Shown here: in pieces, positions 1 through 13,558 of the stretch
Layout of the letters: each line of letters opens with the position of its first letter
Position numbering within the stretch: the first letter of the stretch is position 1
NCBI GenBank assembly: GCA_051294905.1
Contig: CM119372.1
Span: forward strand, 10,046,001 to 10,110,000
Direction: 5' to 3'
Source of the DNA: Botryllus schlosseri
Lineage: Eukaryota
DNA length: 64,000 nt
Notes under the pieces: generated by a model
What the model was told of the DNA's origin: nothing
The model's database searches: none
What the model saw: the letters and a program-made list of their open reading frames with translations, nothing else
Made by a program: the position numbers and the translations under genes

Positions 1-59
1 CTGGTTGGAACTGTCTGTCTTTACAAAGTAGTTGGGCATGAAAAAAACTTTTTCGACTG

Positions 60-400
60 ACAAATCTTTACATGAAAAAACTTTAGTTCAACGAGATCTG
101 GCCCTATGAAGAATTCCAGTAGTTACATCACGTATTACTGTAGAAATAGATAAAATTTGTTGCAGTACAACGAAGATACTTTCCTGCATTCTCGGGTAGA
201 AAGTGGCTGTCCTTACTAAGTAGCTTGTTAAGAATTGAGAAAGAATGATCAACAGCAGCAGTTGTTGACTGACTGTCAATGGTGTCTGCATCACAATTTT
301 TAATCATGCGCTTCTTGATATAAGAACCATGCAGTGCCCATGCATGCAGTCTTGTTTCTGTTAGGATATTGCGGTACGTTGAGCATAACTCCATGTCAAC
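60..400 (-). pseudogene. Possible decayed hAT transposase C-terminal (dimerization domain) remnant
   Basis: Minus-strand frames give KYLRCTAT and TTGILHRARSR, loosely matching hATC KYLxxPATS...GxxxxxxRSRL; frameshifted and weak. Confidence 0.3.
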
Positions 401-1355
401 CAATTTGTTTTATTTGAATGTTTATGATTCACATTGAGCAGACAACAGAGTTGGATCAATTACATTATTTCAGTTCAATTACAATTACAATTACAATTAC
501 TTTCATGCATGTGTCAATTACATTACAATTACAATTACTCCATGCTAAAAATATCAAATTACAATTACAATTACTCCTTGCATGCTTCAATTACATTACA
601 ATTACAATTACAATAGGCCTTTTGCAGTACTTCGATCACGTGACTAGATACGCATAGCAACAACAAATTGGTTAGCAAGCTACTTTCTCGCGCACCTGCT
701 TCAGTGCTAAATATCGCATAGTGTACTGTTGATTTCTGGTTGTAAACGTTTCGGAAATTTGTTGTAGAAGTCATCAGAGATTCACCTATGCTAGATGTCA
801 ATCCTGTACAAAGCATTTAGAATGATATCGTCAGAATTACGCAGAAATCCATCGGTAACGTAGTCGTATTACGGTACTCAACTCTGATCATATGTACTTA
901 AATTTATGCATTTGAAGTAAAGCGATTGGCTTATATTCTGGTAAGAGTATTTGTTAGTTCAAGCAGTACTATTTGTCTGTTGTGGAGCCTGATTTTGGAT
1001 GGAAGATATGGCTGAAGCAGCCGGGACCCGCAAGGATCAGGATATAGGCTACTGTTTGCTGGTTTGGGTGCTGGCGTGCTGCTATAAAACAAATGTCGCT
1101 GTACACATCGGAAGTATCTTTTGGGAGAACCTGCCGTCAAGACTAAGCAAATCAGTGCACTTTATTGTTGCCTTATACAATGCCAATTTTATTACCACTA
1201 CTTCGCAGCTGCGATTGAAGTGGATTTGGCAAATCACACTCGATTTTGATGAATAGTTGATGTCACATGTGCGATATTTAGCGAACTAAGGAAGTAACTA
1301 TCATATAACTCTTAGAGCAGCTCAAACGCAGTGACAAGATCGGTCATCCTATACC

Positions 1356-1891
1356 CAGACGTGGTCAACGTGGTCATTGTTGGGAACCGAGTAGAAGTAA
1401 TGCCTTAATTTATACTCCAGTACAAGTAGCTCTAATTACTTCCAGGACATGTCCAAAGTACTTCAAGTGGAAGTAGAAATGAATTTATGAAAAGCGGTCA
1501 AGAAATTCGTTACATGAAGTAGATTTGGTTGAGGGTCACTTAGTTTTAGATATTGATGCCATGTGACAACTGTAAACATTGCATGTTGCATCTTTGCATG
1601 TTGCATCTTCTTGATCAACGCAAAAGGGTGATGACACCACAAATAAGTGCAATTTTCAAAAATTAATTTAGTTACCGTGGTACTGGGGCTATTTTGCCCA
1701 GTTGTTATGACAACCTCGCGCTTGAAGGGGATGCAATCGTGCGCCAAAGCTACTTTCTAGTTGACAAAATCCCAAACCTGACAAAAAAGTACTACCTTAA
1801 AAGTGTCAAGTAGAAGTGGAAGTAGCCTAAACTCATATTGACGCTAGTACTCAGGTAAAATAATACGGTACTTCGTTGCTGACCCCCTCTG
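1356..1891. mobile_element. MITE of the (AGTAGA)-rich family, related to 15544-15811
   Basis: Ends CAGACGTGGTCA.../...TGACCCCCTCTG, internal agtagaagt repeats; no clear TSD. Confidence 0.55.
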
Positions 1892-2845
1892 TGTATTGGC
1901 TCAACCAACTCAGAAACATCCTCTAAAGACGACTAACATTGTTTCTTTCGCATTGACTCCGTAATATTCTGAACTTATGATATTCTTTGATTCATTGAAT
2001 TTACAAATAAACTTGCAAAGAAGATCGATTTATTAATTTTTGTGCATTCGATACCCAGAGCATAAGAAATAGTTGAAGAAAAATGGATGTTAACCTTATC
2101 AAGTTCAATAACTGCCGAGACGGTTATGCCAATGTATTTTCCACTACCTCCATAGCCACTTGTCTAGACATATTCATAGCATCCACGGAAGAGCGCTTGT
2201 CTTGCTGTACACAAATGAAATATCATTTTCAAAGCAGACATCAAAATCGGGAAAGAAGTTCAGGAGAGTTAGTCAGTGGTCAGATCATCTGCTGACATTT
2301 TCTGTTGGCATGAAACCACGCTGCCTTCCACCGCATGACCAAATTTTATGTGGTGATAATAATTGGCTCCAGGCTGAATTCTTAACGAGGGCCTCATCAA
2401 TTTCTTAGTTGCCTATGTTCGGCTCTCTTGGGATAATCCATCAGATCATTAATCCGTATGCATGTGGTATAGCCGTATGTCTTGAAACTCAAGATATTTG
2501 CACTGTGCCATAGAGTGAAGTAATCCAATCCAGGCAATCAATCAAGTAATCCAGGCCCCGGGACAGTTTGTTTCACCCTCAATTGGAGCTGATGATATTT
2601 TCCTTCGGGTAGTGGCATTTGGCAGCATGACAGAATGATCAACAACTTGTAATATAGGTGTAGAGGTCTAAATAAACTCAGTCAATGTCCTGCAAGGTCG
2701 AATTTTGTGTCATAAAATCATAGTTGACTACCAAATAACGGCTACAATGTCGATCATTTTGACGCAAGGAGTTTACATAGTTCATGAATCAAAGACAACC
2801 AACATATTTGAATCCTTGCGCATCTCCATGACCCTTGCGAACGTG

Positions 2846-3429
2846 CAGAGTTGTAACCAAGTCACAAGGCTCCGAGTCACAAGTCAATCTCACTTTTATA
2901 TTTTTGACTCGAGTCAAGTCGAGTCATTTTCAATTCCCACCGAGTCAAGTCCGAGTCCAAGTCAGCGAACAGAGGATCGAGTCCGAGTCATGGTATTATG
3001 ACTCGAGTCCGAGTCCAAGTCATTGTGTTGACTCCTCAGTTTCCAGTTAAAGTCTTCCTAAACCCACTTTTTTAACTCTTTTTGGTGATATTGAATGGTT
3101 CGCATTTATAATATATCAATTTTCCCCACTTTTAGCAGTTTCTGGTCGCATTTTCAAGCATCAGTACCAACAAACCAAATCCCAATAATGTGTTGGCTTC
3201 GAAATTACAATGAAATGTCGGTCTTGGCCGTCTGTATCTCGAGTCAATGACTTGCTTCGAGTCATGCGCAATGACTCGAGTCCAAGTCGAGTCAATACAC
3301 AGATTGACTCGAGTCGAGTCGAGTCATTTCCGTATTTTGAGAAAATGACTCGAGTCGAGTCGAGTCATCTGAAAATCGTGACTCGAGTCTGACTCGAGTC
3401 GAGTCATGACTCGAGTCATTACAACCCTG
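2846..3429 (+). mobile_element. GACTCGAGTC-rich hAT-type MITE
   Basis: Ends CAGAGTTGTAACC...ATTACAACCCTG; arrays of GACTCGAGTC; collinear with the copy at 45794-46388. Confidence 0.85.
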
Positions 3430-4214
3430 GTTTACAGCCCGAAAACGATAATATACTGTATCCGAAATACGGCTACGTTAACGACGGATTTCTGCGTAAT
3501 TCTGACGATATCATTCTATGTGCTTTGTACAGGATTGACATCTACCATAGGTAAATCTCTGATGACTTCTACAACAAATTTCCGAAACGTTTACAACCAG
3601 AAATCAACAGTACACTATGCGATATTTAGCACTGAAGCAGGTGCGCGAGAAAGTAGCTTGCTAACCAATTTGTTGTTGCTATGCGTATCTAGTCACGTGA
3701 TCGAAGTCCTGCAAAAGGCCTATTGGTGCTGTTGAACATGTAACTGAATAATCATAAATTCAACCGTGCTCCTTGACAACCGTAGCGTCGTATATAACAA
3801 CAATTCAAGTCTAGTTCAGATTGTGTAGTAATATATGCGTTTATGTGCGTACATAGTATGCTATGTAAGATGTCATTGTGACGTAAGACGTAATATAAGG
3901 GTGTTTTGTATGCTCGATAATTATGGCTCACGTAATTGAAAATGTAAAATGTTATTTACCTAATTTTCTATGGGTTAGGATTAAGGATAGGGTGCAGTAT
4001 GTCGTTGAAAAAGTATTATAATATATGCACGTGTTGGATTTGCGTAGGCCTATATAGTATATAATTAAAGAAATTATTTTTATCGAGGGACGTAGGAATT
4101 AGGATGAGGAGTAAAAACAAAACCGTGCTTTGTCAGATAAGACGTTATATAATATCCAGTGGTCTGGTTAGTTAGCCAGACGAAGTAACGATGCAGCATC
4201 GTGATCTGAAATCG

Positions 4215-4780
4215 TATTGTAGATTGCCAACCCACGGATAGATGCGCAAGATGTGAGTCACGGATGAATGCACCGACAAACGTACTGCAGAGCCGGCTAA
4301 AAGCAGCAAACTTTGTGGTCCTAGAGCTGGCGATCCATGCGTCCAAATTTGATGCATCTGGTCTTTATCGTAAGCTATTGATGTACTAATTCCGAAAATA
4401 CAAAATAAAATCTCGTCAGGGCAATGTATCTGCTCCAAAATAGCCGTTTAAGGCCGACTGTTCTGAAAAGTGAGAGCGCTGCAGCAGCATGACCACAACA
4501 ATTACCAATTACGCCCAGCGATTGTTCAGAACAATGCCGATTCCCAGACTTTCACGACTATTTTGGGATGGTACCATTGCCTGGAAATATAATTTTATTG
4601 CGGAATCAGTGCGACACTAGCTTTCGATTAGGACCATACATATCAAATTTCGACGCTTGGATCGCCAGCTATGGCACTATCAATTCTGCTGCTTTTAGCC
4701 GGCTCAGCAGTTCGCTTCTCGGCGTATTCAATCGTGAGTCACGTGTTGCGAATCCATCCGTTGGTTAGTAATCTAAGAAT
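4215..4780. repeat. Degenerate inverted repeat (old foldback MITE), arms ~4215-4400 and ~4597-4780
   Basis: Mirrored ORF text DAWIAS...AAFSRL on - (4080-4346) and + (4568-4768); arms are clearly diverged. Confidence 0.6.
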
Positions 4781-5527
4781 TGTATACAATGGCAGCCGAG
4801 GCCAGCATAGCGGTAAAAATAAAAAAACTTTGCCCGCAAGGGCGCAGTCAAGGGCTTCCGCGAATGGATCCACCAAATTCCTTGTCGACATTTAAAGAGA
4901 ATGCATTATAAGTCAAATATTTTATGTTGTGCTTGTCAGGTCTCAATAGCAATTTAATGTAATTGAAATTGTAATTGAGCAAAATTTTTGTCAAATTACA
5001 ATTACAATTACAATTACACAAAATAAAAATGCTTCAATTACAATTAAATTTTAATTACATTGAAAAATGTAATTAATTACATTCAATTACAATTACAAAT
5101 TACAATTGATCCAACTCTGGCAGACAATGGCCCGTATACAACGGTAGCCGTATAAAATAGGCCACAAGCTGTAAAATGTCGAATGATAAGTTCACCGACA
5201 TTGCAAAATCTACGATACAAACGAAATGAAGGTTACAAAACAATTTTGACTTTGTAAACAAAACAGAAAAAGCTCTAGTGGTAAGTGATAGCACGGCAAA
5301 TTGATAGACTGCGATACTTTCTGTTCCGTCAGTCTCATTTTAGTAATCTATTTTGAATATTACATGTAGGCCTACGGGAAACGTTGCTTCTTACCAGGAG
5401 TATATTGTTTTCGGAGATTTTAGACTTATTTGAAAGGGATCTATTCACGATGCACTTGCGTTAAAGATGTGTGTGACTAGTGACTATGCTACACACTTTG
5501 ACAACACATTGTTTTGCATTCTCACAG

Positions 5528-8500
5528 ATTATCGTTCTCCTGATATGGATCGTGAGTTTTGGATGTGGCTTTGTGCCTTATTGGATTTGGTTTGAAGCGC
5601 GGATGAGGGATCGCAAAAGCGTCTCACAAGACGCACGATGGCCGACATGTACTGTAAACATGGAATGGTAATTCCGTCAGTGTCATAAATGAAGTTTATA
5701 ATAGATTATATCAGGGGTTTCAATCACGTGGCCTGCGAGTCAAATGTAACCCACCAGGCCGTCAATTTTAGTGGCTCGCTAGAGCCGAGATCGTTGATTA
5801 GCAAGCTTCTTTGCCCGCGTACCATTTTAAGCTTTTGTACAGTTTTCGCGAGTCACCAGTGGCCAGCTGGGCACTTTTCAATAGATCGAAAGATCTCTCA
5901 CTCACATTAACACATCCGGGGTGTTATACCCAAAATCAGTGGTTCAAACTCACGGGATCACCAGTTCAGGACTATAATATTGATTACCATAATTGTATTA
6001 TGAACATTTCGGAGAGCTTTCCATGATTTGCCAAGAACAAGCGAGCTGAATCTTGCGAATTCCCGACTCATGGAATATTTTATTCTCACTCACAATAATA
6101 CAACGGGGTCGATGTCATTACCGATACCGATATCACTGGTTTCAATCTCTACGATACCCGACCACAAGCTGTGTCACTGTAATCCTCTTGGTCGCTTTTT
6201 TGTAACAATTTCCGAAAATGAAAGATGAAGCAAGAACAACACACCATGGATGTAACAATGAAATCATCAATCAAAGGCCAACTCACTTTGTATGATCGAA
6301 TTGAAAAATAATTAAAGTTATCCAGGTATAGGCATAACTAGGAGTAAAATTCGTTTTACATGAGGGTGGTTCAATGATGACGTGACATTGAGGATGAGCC
6401 ATTGTGACGCAGTGAACACTAATGAAAGTCACAATGCTCAAGTCAGTCGAGTGCCTCGACTGTAGTCGACCTTTGGCAACGCTGGTCGTTGCAGCAAATG
6501 GAATTTAGATTTTGTAAAAAGAAAATCGTTGTAGTTTCAATCAGGGTTGTAACCAAGTCACATGGTTCCGAGTCACGAGTCAATCTGACTTTTGCGGTTT
6601 TGACTCGAGTCGAGTCGAGTCATTTTCAATTCATCACTGACTCGAGTCCGAGTCCAAGTCACCGTTTTAAGGGTCAAGTCCGAGTCATAGTGTTATGACT
6701 CGAGTCAAGTCCAAGTCACAGTATTAAAGTCATGTTCAACTTATGTTTTCAATCCTGCTTGGGTGATATCGAATTCCTTGCTTGCCAAACATGCTTATTT
6801 TGTCCCTATCATAGTCTTGGCACATGTTTATTTAGGCAGATAACGGACAATTCCTGGCCTCATTTACCGATGCTACAGATAGACGAGACAGGCCGCCAAT
6901 ACGATAACTTTACTAATCTTAGAACTTTAAATCAAATATCTGTCAGTCTGATATATCACAAATGCAAGCACTCAGTTTTTATTACTAGCACATCGACGAT
7001 CGCTCACAAATAGCTTATAGAGAATTAACGAATTCACGTCTACATACTATCTGATAAAGAACCTACGAATTCACGTCTAGATACAAGCTGGTAGAGAATC
7101 AACAAATAAACGTTTATGTAGAGGTACGGTGTTGCTTTCACATTAAATCAGGTGGTTGACCAGAAAACTGTCAACTTTCCTGCTCAGCTCCCGGAGTAGT
7201 CGCCGGAGCGTTACTTTAGTGTTGATTTACTGTTATCTTAGTCGAATTTTCCCTGCATTTACCAAAAATTCTCAAAAATGAGGGCAGAATCTTAAAAAGG
7301 AGGCTACTTCTTAAAATTGTTAGATTACCTGAAAGAACTTAAATTTGTTTCAATTCCAACCAGCAGAAAGCAATGCTAAGAGAAAATATTTTGAATTAAT
7401 TACAAAGAGACTTTCGAATTTTACCGGCTACCTCATGATATTGTTAGATTGTGTAAAAGTATGATTCATGGCAAATGTGGCTCAATTCCAACTAGAAGAA
7501 GCGAAGTTATTAGAGTGGAATATTTTGAATATGAAAAAATAGTCGACTTACTACTAGTATGTGATTATATTATATGAAATCATTTCTCACTAAAAATACT
7601 CCAATATTTTCTCCTCTCATATCATTGATTCCACTATTCAAAATTAAGCCAGATTCAGTGTTCTTTTTATGCAACGTAACAATTTTATCAAGTAGCCACC
7701 ATGTAGCATAAAAAAGAAGTTATTTTTGATCGGCCCTATTGTACAAACATCACACAACATTAGCCATTCATTATTACTCACGTGCACAATGCACATATCT
7801 AACAAAACGTCAAATGGACGGAGGGTATTGTGTGTTTATACAGACAGCAGATCAAATCAATGAGTAATCTTGAAAAATACTAAAATGGAAAGGAGATTCT
7901 CATATATGTTGAGGCGGCATGGCCTTAGAATAATCCACATCCACTGGATACACGTTCCACTGGTGCATTAGATGCAGGAATTGAAAAGCAATTTTGAACC
8001 ACACTGAAGGGCATTAGATACTCATCCATTCTAGTCGCCCAAAAATACAAAGAATCATCGCCTTCAAATCTACACATGACCTTATCAGTCTCTTCCAAGT
8101 AGGCTACTTGACCATCTGAGTCATTTCATTGGCTCTAATTGGACTTTGCTTCGATTGTTTGCTTGTATAATTGAAAAGTCTTGAGTACTATTACCTCTTC
8201 ACCACGGGATTATTTTGTAGAATGCATTGCTCTTTGCTACTATGTACCATTGTCTTTTGTTTTTACGGCGGCATATCTAATATCAGACGACTGCAACGAA
8301 AGCAGTGGTGACAAATAGCGATGTCGACAGAATTCGTCACACGCGTTGATCTAACCATTGTAATTCCCAAATTTCTTCACCTTCAAGTCATATAAAATAA
8401 GCCGAGTCAATGACTTGAGTCGAGTCATGCGTAATGACTCGAGTACAAGTCGAGTCAATCCAAATATTGACTCGAGTCAAGTCGAGTCACAAAAAAATCG

Positions 8501-10865
8501 TGACTCGAGTCTGACTCGAGTCGAGTCATGACTCGAGTCATTACAACCCTGAGTTTCATCATCCTATCATTTCACAATATCACACCAATATTGTTTGGAT
8601 CACAAGATATTACAGGTTTCAATATATATTTTCGCTTTGATAAAACTTGGAAACCACTGCCCTAGCTAGCTTCAGACCCATATGCTTCATTCAAAACAGT
8701 TCGTTGCCGATTCATGTTACCTCATTGCTTGTTCTTTCAAATGACAGGTATGGACAGTATACGCTGTTCCAGAAGCTTGGATTTTCTCTGTTTCTCATTC
8801 TACCTTTAGTACTGGTGCTATGCATATCTGTCCTTACTTGCCGCCGAGTGTATGCTACAACCCACGCCTCAATTACGTCGGTCACGAGGAGAAGGCTGAA
8901 AAGAGAAAAACAAGCCGTACTTCAACTGGCGCTCATCGTAGTATCGTTTATGATGGGATACATACCGTTTACAGGTATATATCTCATTCTACTCGCTTGT
9001 ATATGAGTACAAAATACTAGAATCGACCATGCAATGTTGTGATCAATTCACTATACCTTCGAGTCACGAGTCATCTCGAGTCATTGCACATATTGACTCG
9101 AGTCAGGTCAAGCCAATCGATTTTTGAAAACGACTCGAGTCAAGTCAAGTCACTCGATTTTTGGAGGTGAGTCTAGTCAAGTCGAGTCAAGTCAAGTCAC
9201 GAGTCAATTCATAATTCTAGTCAAGTTGTCTTTTCGAAGTACGAAGAATGATTTAGCCACTGCCTTTTGCTTGCTGTTTGAAGTTAAGAATGAGTCGGCA
9301 TTTATTGTCAATCGAGGGATAAATATAGAGTTAAATATACATGCAAAAGGCGTTGTAAAACTCACAAATGCGCGATACTGCTAAACTATACGTAACTGTT
9401 GCATACCCGCAGTTCCGCCAAAACAGAGAATGGAATACGAACCTAAGATAGCGGAAACTAATTGACATGATGCATCGCCCGACTACATATCCATGGGATG
9501 CAATTTAAGCCTGCGCCAATGCTCGACTAGTAATATAAACTTGTAAACTATATTCGAATTCAATTTAAATCATACAAGAAATTTGGTTAATGTGATCAAC
9601 TAACACCATTGACCATTCTAACAGTGATAGCTACCTTGTTATTATATTACTTTACTGCTACGACAACGTACGCTTTAAGCGGTCAATCTATTTGTGACGG
9701 AGCAATGGAGGTTCAGTAAAACGCGAAATCATTGAATGAATGAGATTTGTCGCTCTCGCCAGTTACACTAGGGCATCGAGAATAATCCGAACATTTGTAA
9801 AGTACAGCGATGTTTATCGACACCTATTAAACTTGATGACTTGAAATTGACTAGTAAATTTTGCTCCGAGTCACGAGTCAATCCGCTTTCGCATCGCCAC
9901 TTCAAATATTCAACCTAGCTTTGATGTACTTAAGTTTTAAAATGGCCAGCAGAGGCTAGATTTCTCTCAAAAAATAAGACTAAGGGACACCAACATACGG
10001 GTTTATTTTACTCTACATTTTACAATTATAATCTGACATATCTTGTTCATGATAATTGAAATACATCCTGTTGTCTAATTAGGAAAAGGTTTGACTAGGA
10101 AAGTGTTTAAAATATTTCATACAACCACTTTGTAATTTTATAATGACATTGTATAAGTATTTTTTTGTAAATCAACATTCACTTTCCCATTACCTTGACA
10201 CACCCCGTTAGCCGCTTGTCTTACCAAAGTTATTTACTACTTCCAATTAAACAAAAAAGTAATGCACCGCAATAATAGCTTAACTTTCGGATGGGCCCGC
10301 CAAGCTATTTTTGCATCTTATTCGGCTCGCCGAGAGAAATAATTGCCCACCCCTGCCCTAAGGGCTCCATGGGTCCCAGTTCAAGAACGAATGTGGCATA
10401 AACAGTTTTTGATGAATCTGATTTACAGTGTTATTGTGTCTGGAACTTCACATACATACATGGCAGGTTTCGTTCGCTGCAAAGTTGGTGTTAGCATAAG
10501 CATAGAGAATCGATACATGTACATTGTGTACACGTCGTACAGCTATGGCCTCATGATGAATAATGATGATTTGGGCCTGCGTCACGAAAAGTAAATAATT
10601 TCATTTTCCAGCATACGAGTTCTGGTCGGTACAGGATCATGGAAATTCAAAATATGTCCGACGAATGGACTACAACTTCGGTGTAATTGAGTATATTCTT
10701 CTACGTTTATCCGAGTGCATGAATCCTATAATCTACAATCTTGGTTCTACAAAGATGAGAAATCACACAACTCTTTTTATTCGGGAACTGTTCAAACTGC
10801 CGTCAAAATCAAGGCGATCAGCTCCATCTACTACTTGTTGTGTAACAGGCGATACCAATGTATAA
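5528..10865 (+). CDS. Class A (rhodopsin-like) orphan GPCR, paralog 1; last three coding exons only (TM4-TM7): 5528-5667, 8748-8974, 10612-10865
   Basis: Canonical AG/GT sites with compatible phases (TG|G=Trp, G|CA=Ala); ECL2 DARWPTC, TM6 FMMGYIP, TM7 SECMNPIIY; intron positions match paralogs 2 and 3. No TM1-3 exons found in 1-5527. Confidence 0.88.
6542..8551. mobile_element. Internally deleted hAT transposon of the GACTCGAGTC family with transposase C-terminal remnant (~7920-8100, - strand)
   Basis: TIRs CAGGGTTGTAA...TTACAACCCTG; degenerate TSD agtttcaat/agtttcat; minus strand reads YFWATRMDEY...FSIPASNAPVERVSSG (hATC dimerization motif). Confidence 0.8.
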
Positions 10866-11269
10866 TTGTTATATCAGATTTTCCTTTTCAGCACTACATT
10901 TATCTCAGTATTCTGCAAAATTCTGGCCTCAAAAGAAGAATTACACTTCTGGCGGAAGCGCAGATATACCAATTTCAAAGTTATGCGCACTATATTTTCG
11001 AATGTTGATTGTATGCCAAACCCAGTGGTGTGATATCCGATAACCTCCAGGTAACATGCGACCCAAATATTATCCAACACGAAGAGACGTGTATATTTGA
11101 AATGATGGTGCTAGTATAACTTCTCTGAACTCTATGTAAGTTATAACTGAACGAGGCATGTCATGCGCTTTCCATTTTGATTATTGTATCATCATTCGCC
11201 ATTGCGGTCTAATGTACAGATGTTTATGTTTTAATGTGATTGATTGATGATCAATTAATTGTGCTAGAC

Positions 11270-11611
11270 CAAGAGTAGGCAAACTACGTGCGATTCGCGA
11301 GTGTGTTAGCTAGATTCGTTCTTTGTGTGTGTAGAAGTATTAGTATTTATAATATTTATATATTGTAGAAGCTTTAATAAAGATAACATGGTTATGATGC
11401 TGTCGGCATTGTGTATTCTGGAATTAAACCATAAGTACAATCAGCAAATATATGAACAGATCGGTGCTCACAGACTCAAATTTCCATGTTGTCGGTCACT
11501 ATATAATCAAAAAACAATATTGAATTTTGGATTAGTATCCCAATTTTATATCCCGCAAATGGATTCAAATGTTGAATGCGGCCCGCGAGCTCAAATTTTC
11601 GCCCACCCCTG
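11270..11611. mobile_element. hAT (Charlie-like) MITE
   Basis: Ends CAAGAGTAGGCAAA.../...TTCGCCCACCCCTG; perfect 8-bp TSD TGCTAGAC at 11262-11269 and 11612-11619. Confidence 0.8.
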
Positions 11612-12197
11612 TGCTAGACAGTAACCTTTAGTGTTGCCCCTTTTCGTTATTGTGCACGTGCAATTCTGCTGTCGTGATTATTCTTTGTTTTCTGCTGCTG
11701 TGTGAGCAACTTGCGTTCCTTCCTTGACAATAAACCAGCTCACATGGACCCGCAGCATGGCACGCAAGGAATCGGAAAATAAAAAGAGACCCGCTCATCA
11801 GTACGAAATGGATTTGGCACTCATTCTGGTGCAGAATCGGAAGACGAACTCCGCCGTCGGAAAAGAAAGAAACGAAGAAACCCTTCATAAGACAGAGAAA
11901 TCAAGAAGATTAAAGAACGAGGCGCTCGCACGATATATGATAACCTAAAACCGCGCGTATTCTGGCCGATGGATATTTTTCGCTCGATATGATCGATACG
12001 CTCACTATATGCTACCTGTTTTTGAGGCTTAAAAAAAACGCCTATTTTTGATGCATTTCTTTGCCATTTCCTTTCCTATCGTGGAATATCTTGTGCCGTA
12101 AATGCAATAAACTCAATGAAAAAATATACCGGCTCACACTTGGTAGTTGTAGCGTGTCTGATGTAAGAATTCAACAGGTTATAGGACCAGCACGCTC

Positions 12198-12724
12198 CAG
12201 GGTTGTAATGACTCAAGTCATGACTCGACTCGACTCACGATTTCCTGATGACTCGATTTGACTCGAGTCATTTTCTCAAAATACGGAAATGACTTGACTC
12301 GATTCGTGTCAATTTGTGTATTGACTCGACTTGGAATCGATTCATTGCGTATGACTCAAACCAAGTCATATGACTCGAGTCTCAAACGGTCAAGACCGAT
12401 ATTTCGTCGTAATTTCAAAGATTAGTAAAAGAACCATACTATTAGGATTTCGTCTATTAGTACTGGTACTCGAAAATGAGACCAGAAACTGCTAAAAGTG
12501 AGGCAAATTAGTATATTTTAAATGCGAATCATTCGATATCACCAAACATAGTTATAAAAAGTGTGTTTTACAAGACTTTTACTGGAAACTGGGCAGTCAA
12601 CACAATGACTTGGACTCCGACTCGAGTCGGTGATGAATTAAAAATGACTCGACTTGACTGGAGTAAAACTATTAAAGTGAGATTTACTTGTGACTCGGAT
12701 TCTTCTGACTCGATTACGACCCTG
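12198..12724 (-). mobile_element. GACTCGAGTC-family MITE, reverse orientation
   Basis: CAGGGTTGTAATGACTC...GATTACGACCCTG; reverse complement of the 45794-46388 body. Confidence 0.8.
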
Positions 12725-12832
12725 ACACACTGCCGCTGCGACAAGTAACGAGTTTGGGATTCCGAAGAAGTGATATTGAGGATATTGGATCGTACGGAGA
12801 GTTTACAGTTTCTAATTTTTGCATTGGATGCT

Positions 12833-13334
12833 AATGACTACTATGGCGCCCGGTGATGTAGAGAAGTTCACGGCGGACAAACTGAATAGTGATAACTTGC
12901 AAACGTGGAGTTACCAGATAACTTGTTTGTTGAAAGCTAATGAACTATTCCAATATGTTGAGTTGTTGATGGATCGATTGCATTGCCATGATGCGCAAAT
13001 CAGCAGCGAACAAGGGAACACCGAAGCAAGTTGGATAAGGCGTTACCCATCATTACTTTGGCTTTCTCTACGTCGCAACTGTATTTAATGGAATCCTGCA
13101 ATACGCCTGCGGATGCCTGGAATGGCCTGAAGAAACACTTTGAGGGTGACACTGCCAGTAGTAAACTTTTGCTAATTAGGTCGTATTTTCGATGTGAAAT
13201 GAAACAGTCTGACTCAGTCGAGAATCATTCGAAATATATGAAGCAATTAGCGGATCGAATGGCTGCCCTTGGCTCGCCAGTAGAAGAAACGCTGCAAGTC
13301 TAACGTTGCTTGGAAGTCTACCTAAGCCTTACGC
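12833..13334 (+). pseudogene. Ty1/copia gag relic, N-terminal part
   Basis: KLNSDNLQTWSYQITCLLKANELFQYV, then frameshift, then DAWNGLKKHFEG...YFRCEMKQSDSVENH...LADRMAALGSPV...LLGSLPKPY, typical of copia gag. Confidence 0.8.
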
Positions 13335-13558
13335 TAGCGTTACCATATTTTTGTAGATCAAATTCCAGACATTCTTTGGCGCCCACTAGCGGATTTTACA
13401 TTGCCAGTCAATATGACGTCACACTAGCAAAGCTGCGCCTATCGACTGTATACAAGAGTGGACTGAAGCATATAGGTTTTGAATTGGGCCATCTCTAATG
13501 TGAGCTCTGGTGATTGCTTGGGTCTGTAACAGATTACCTCACGGGCCGGTTGAAATCG

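Larger units (their letters stand above)
611..3725. mobile_element. Nested DNA transposon relic with ~265-bp inverted repeats
   Basis: 611-~876 is the near-identical reverse complement of ~3460-3725 (CAATAGGCCTTTTGCA.../...TGCAAAAGGCCTATTG); mirrored ORFs 571-816(-) and 3406-3735(+). Confidence 0.75.
446..5119. mobile_element. hAT-type non-autonomous element (4.7 kb, contains nested inserts) with (CAATTA)n subterminal arrays
   Basis: TIRs CAGAGTTGGATCAATT (446) and AATTGATCCAACTCTG (ends 5119); perfect 8-bp TSD GCAGACAA at 438-445 and 5120-5127. Confidence 0.9.

Noticed and set aside
418..657. ORFs rich in ITITIT / LQLQLQ
   Set aside because: Translations of the (CAATTA)n subterminal array.
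2705..3735. ORFs rich in SSRVES / TRV (also near 6489, 9124, 12061, 46211)
   Set aside because: Translations of GACTCGAGTC MITE repeats.
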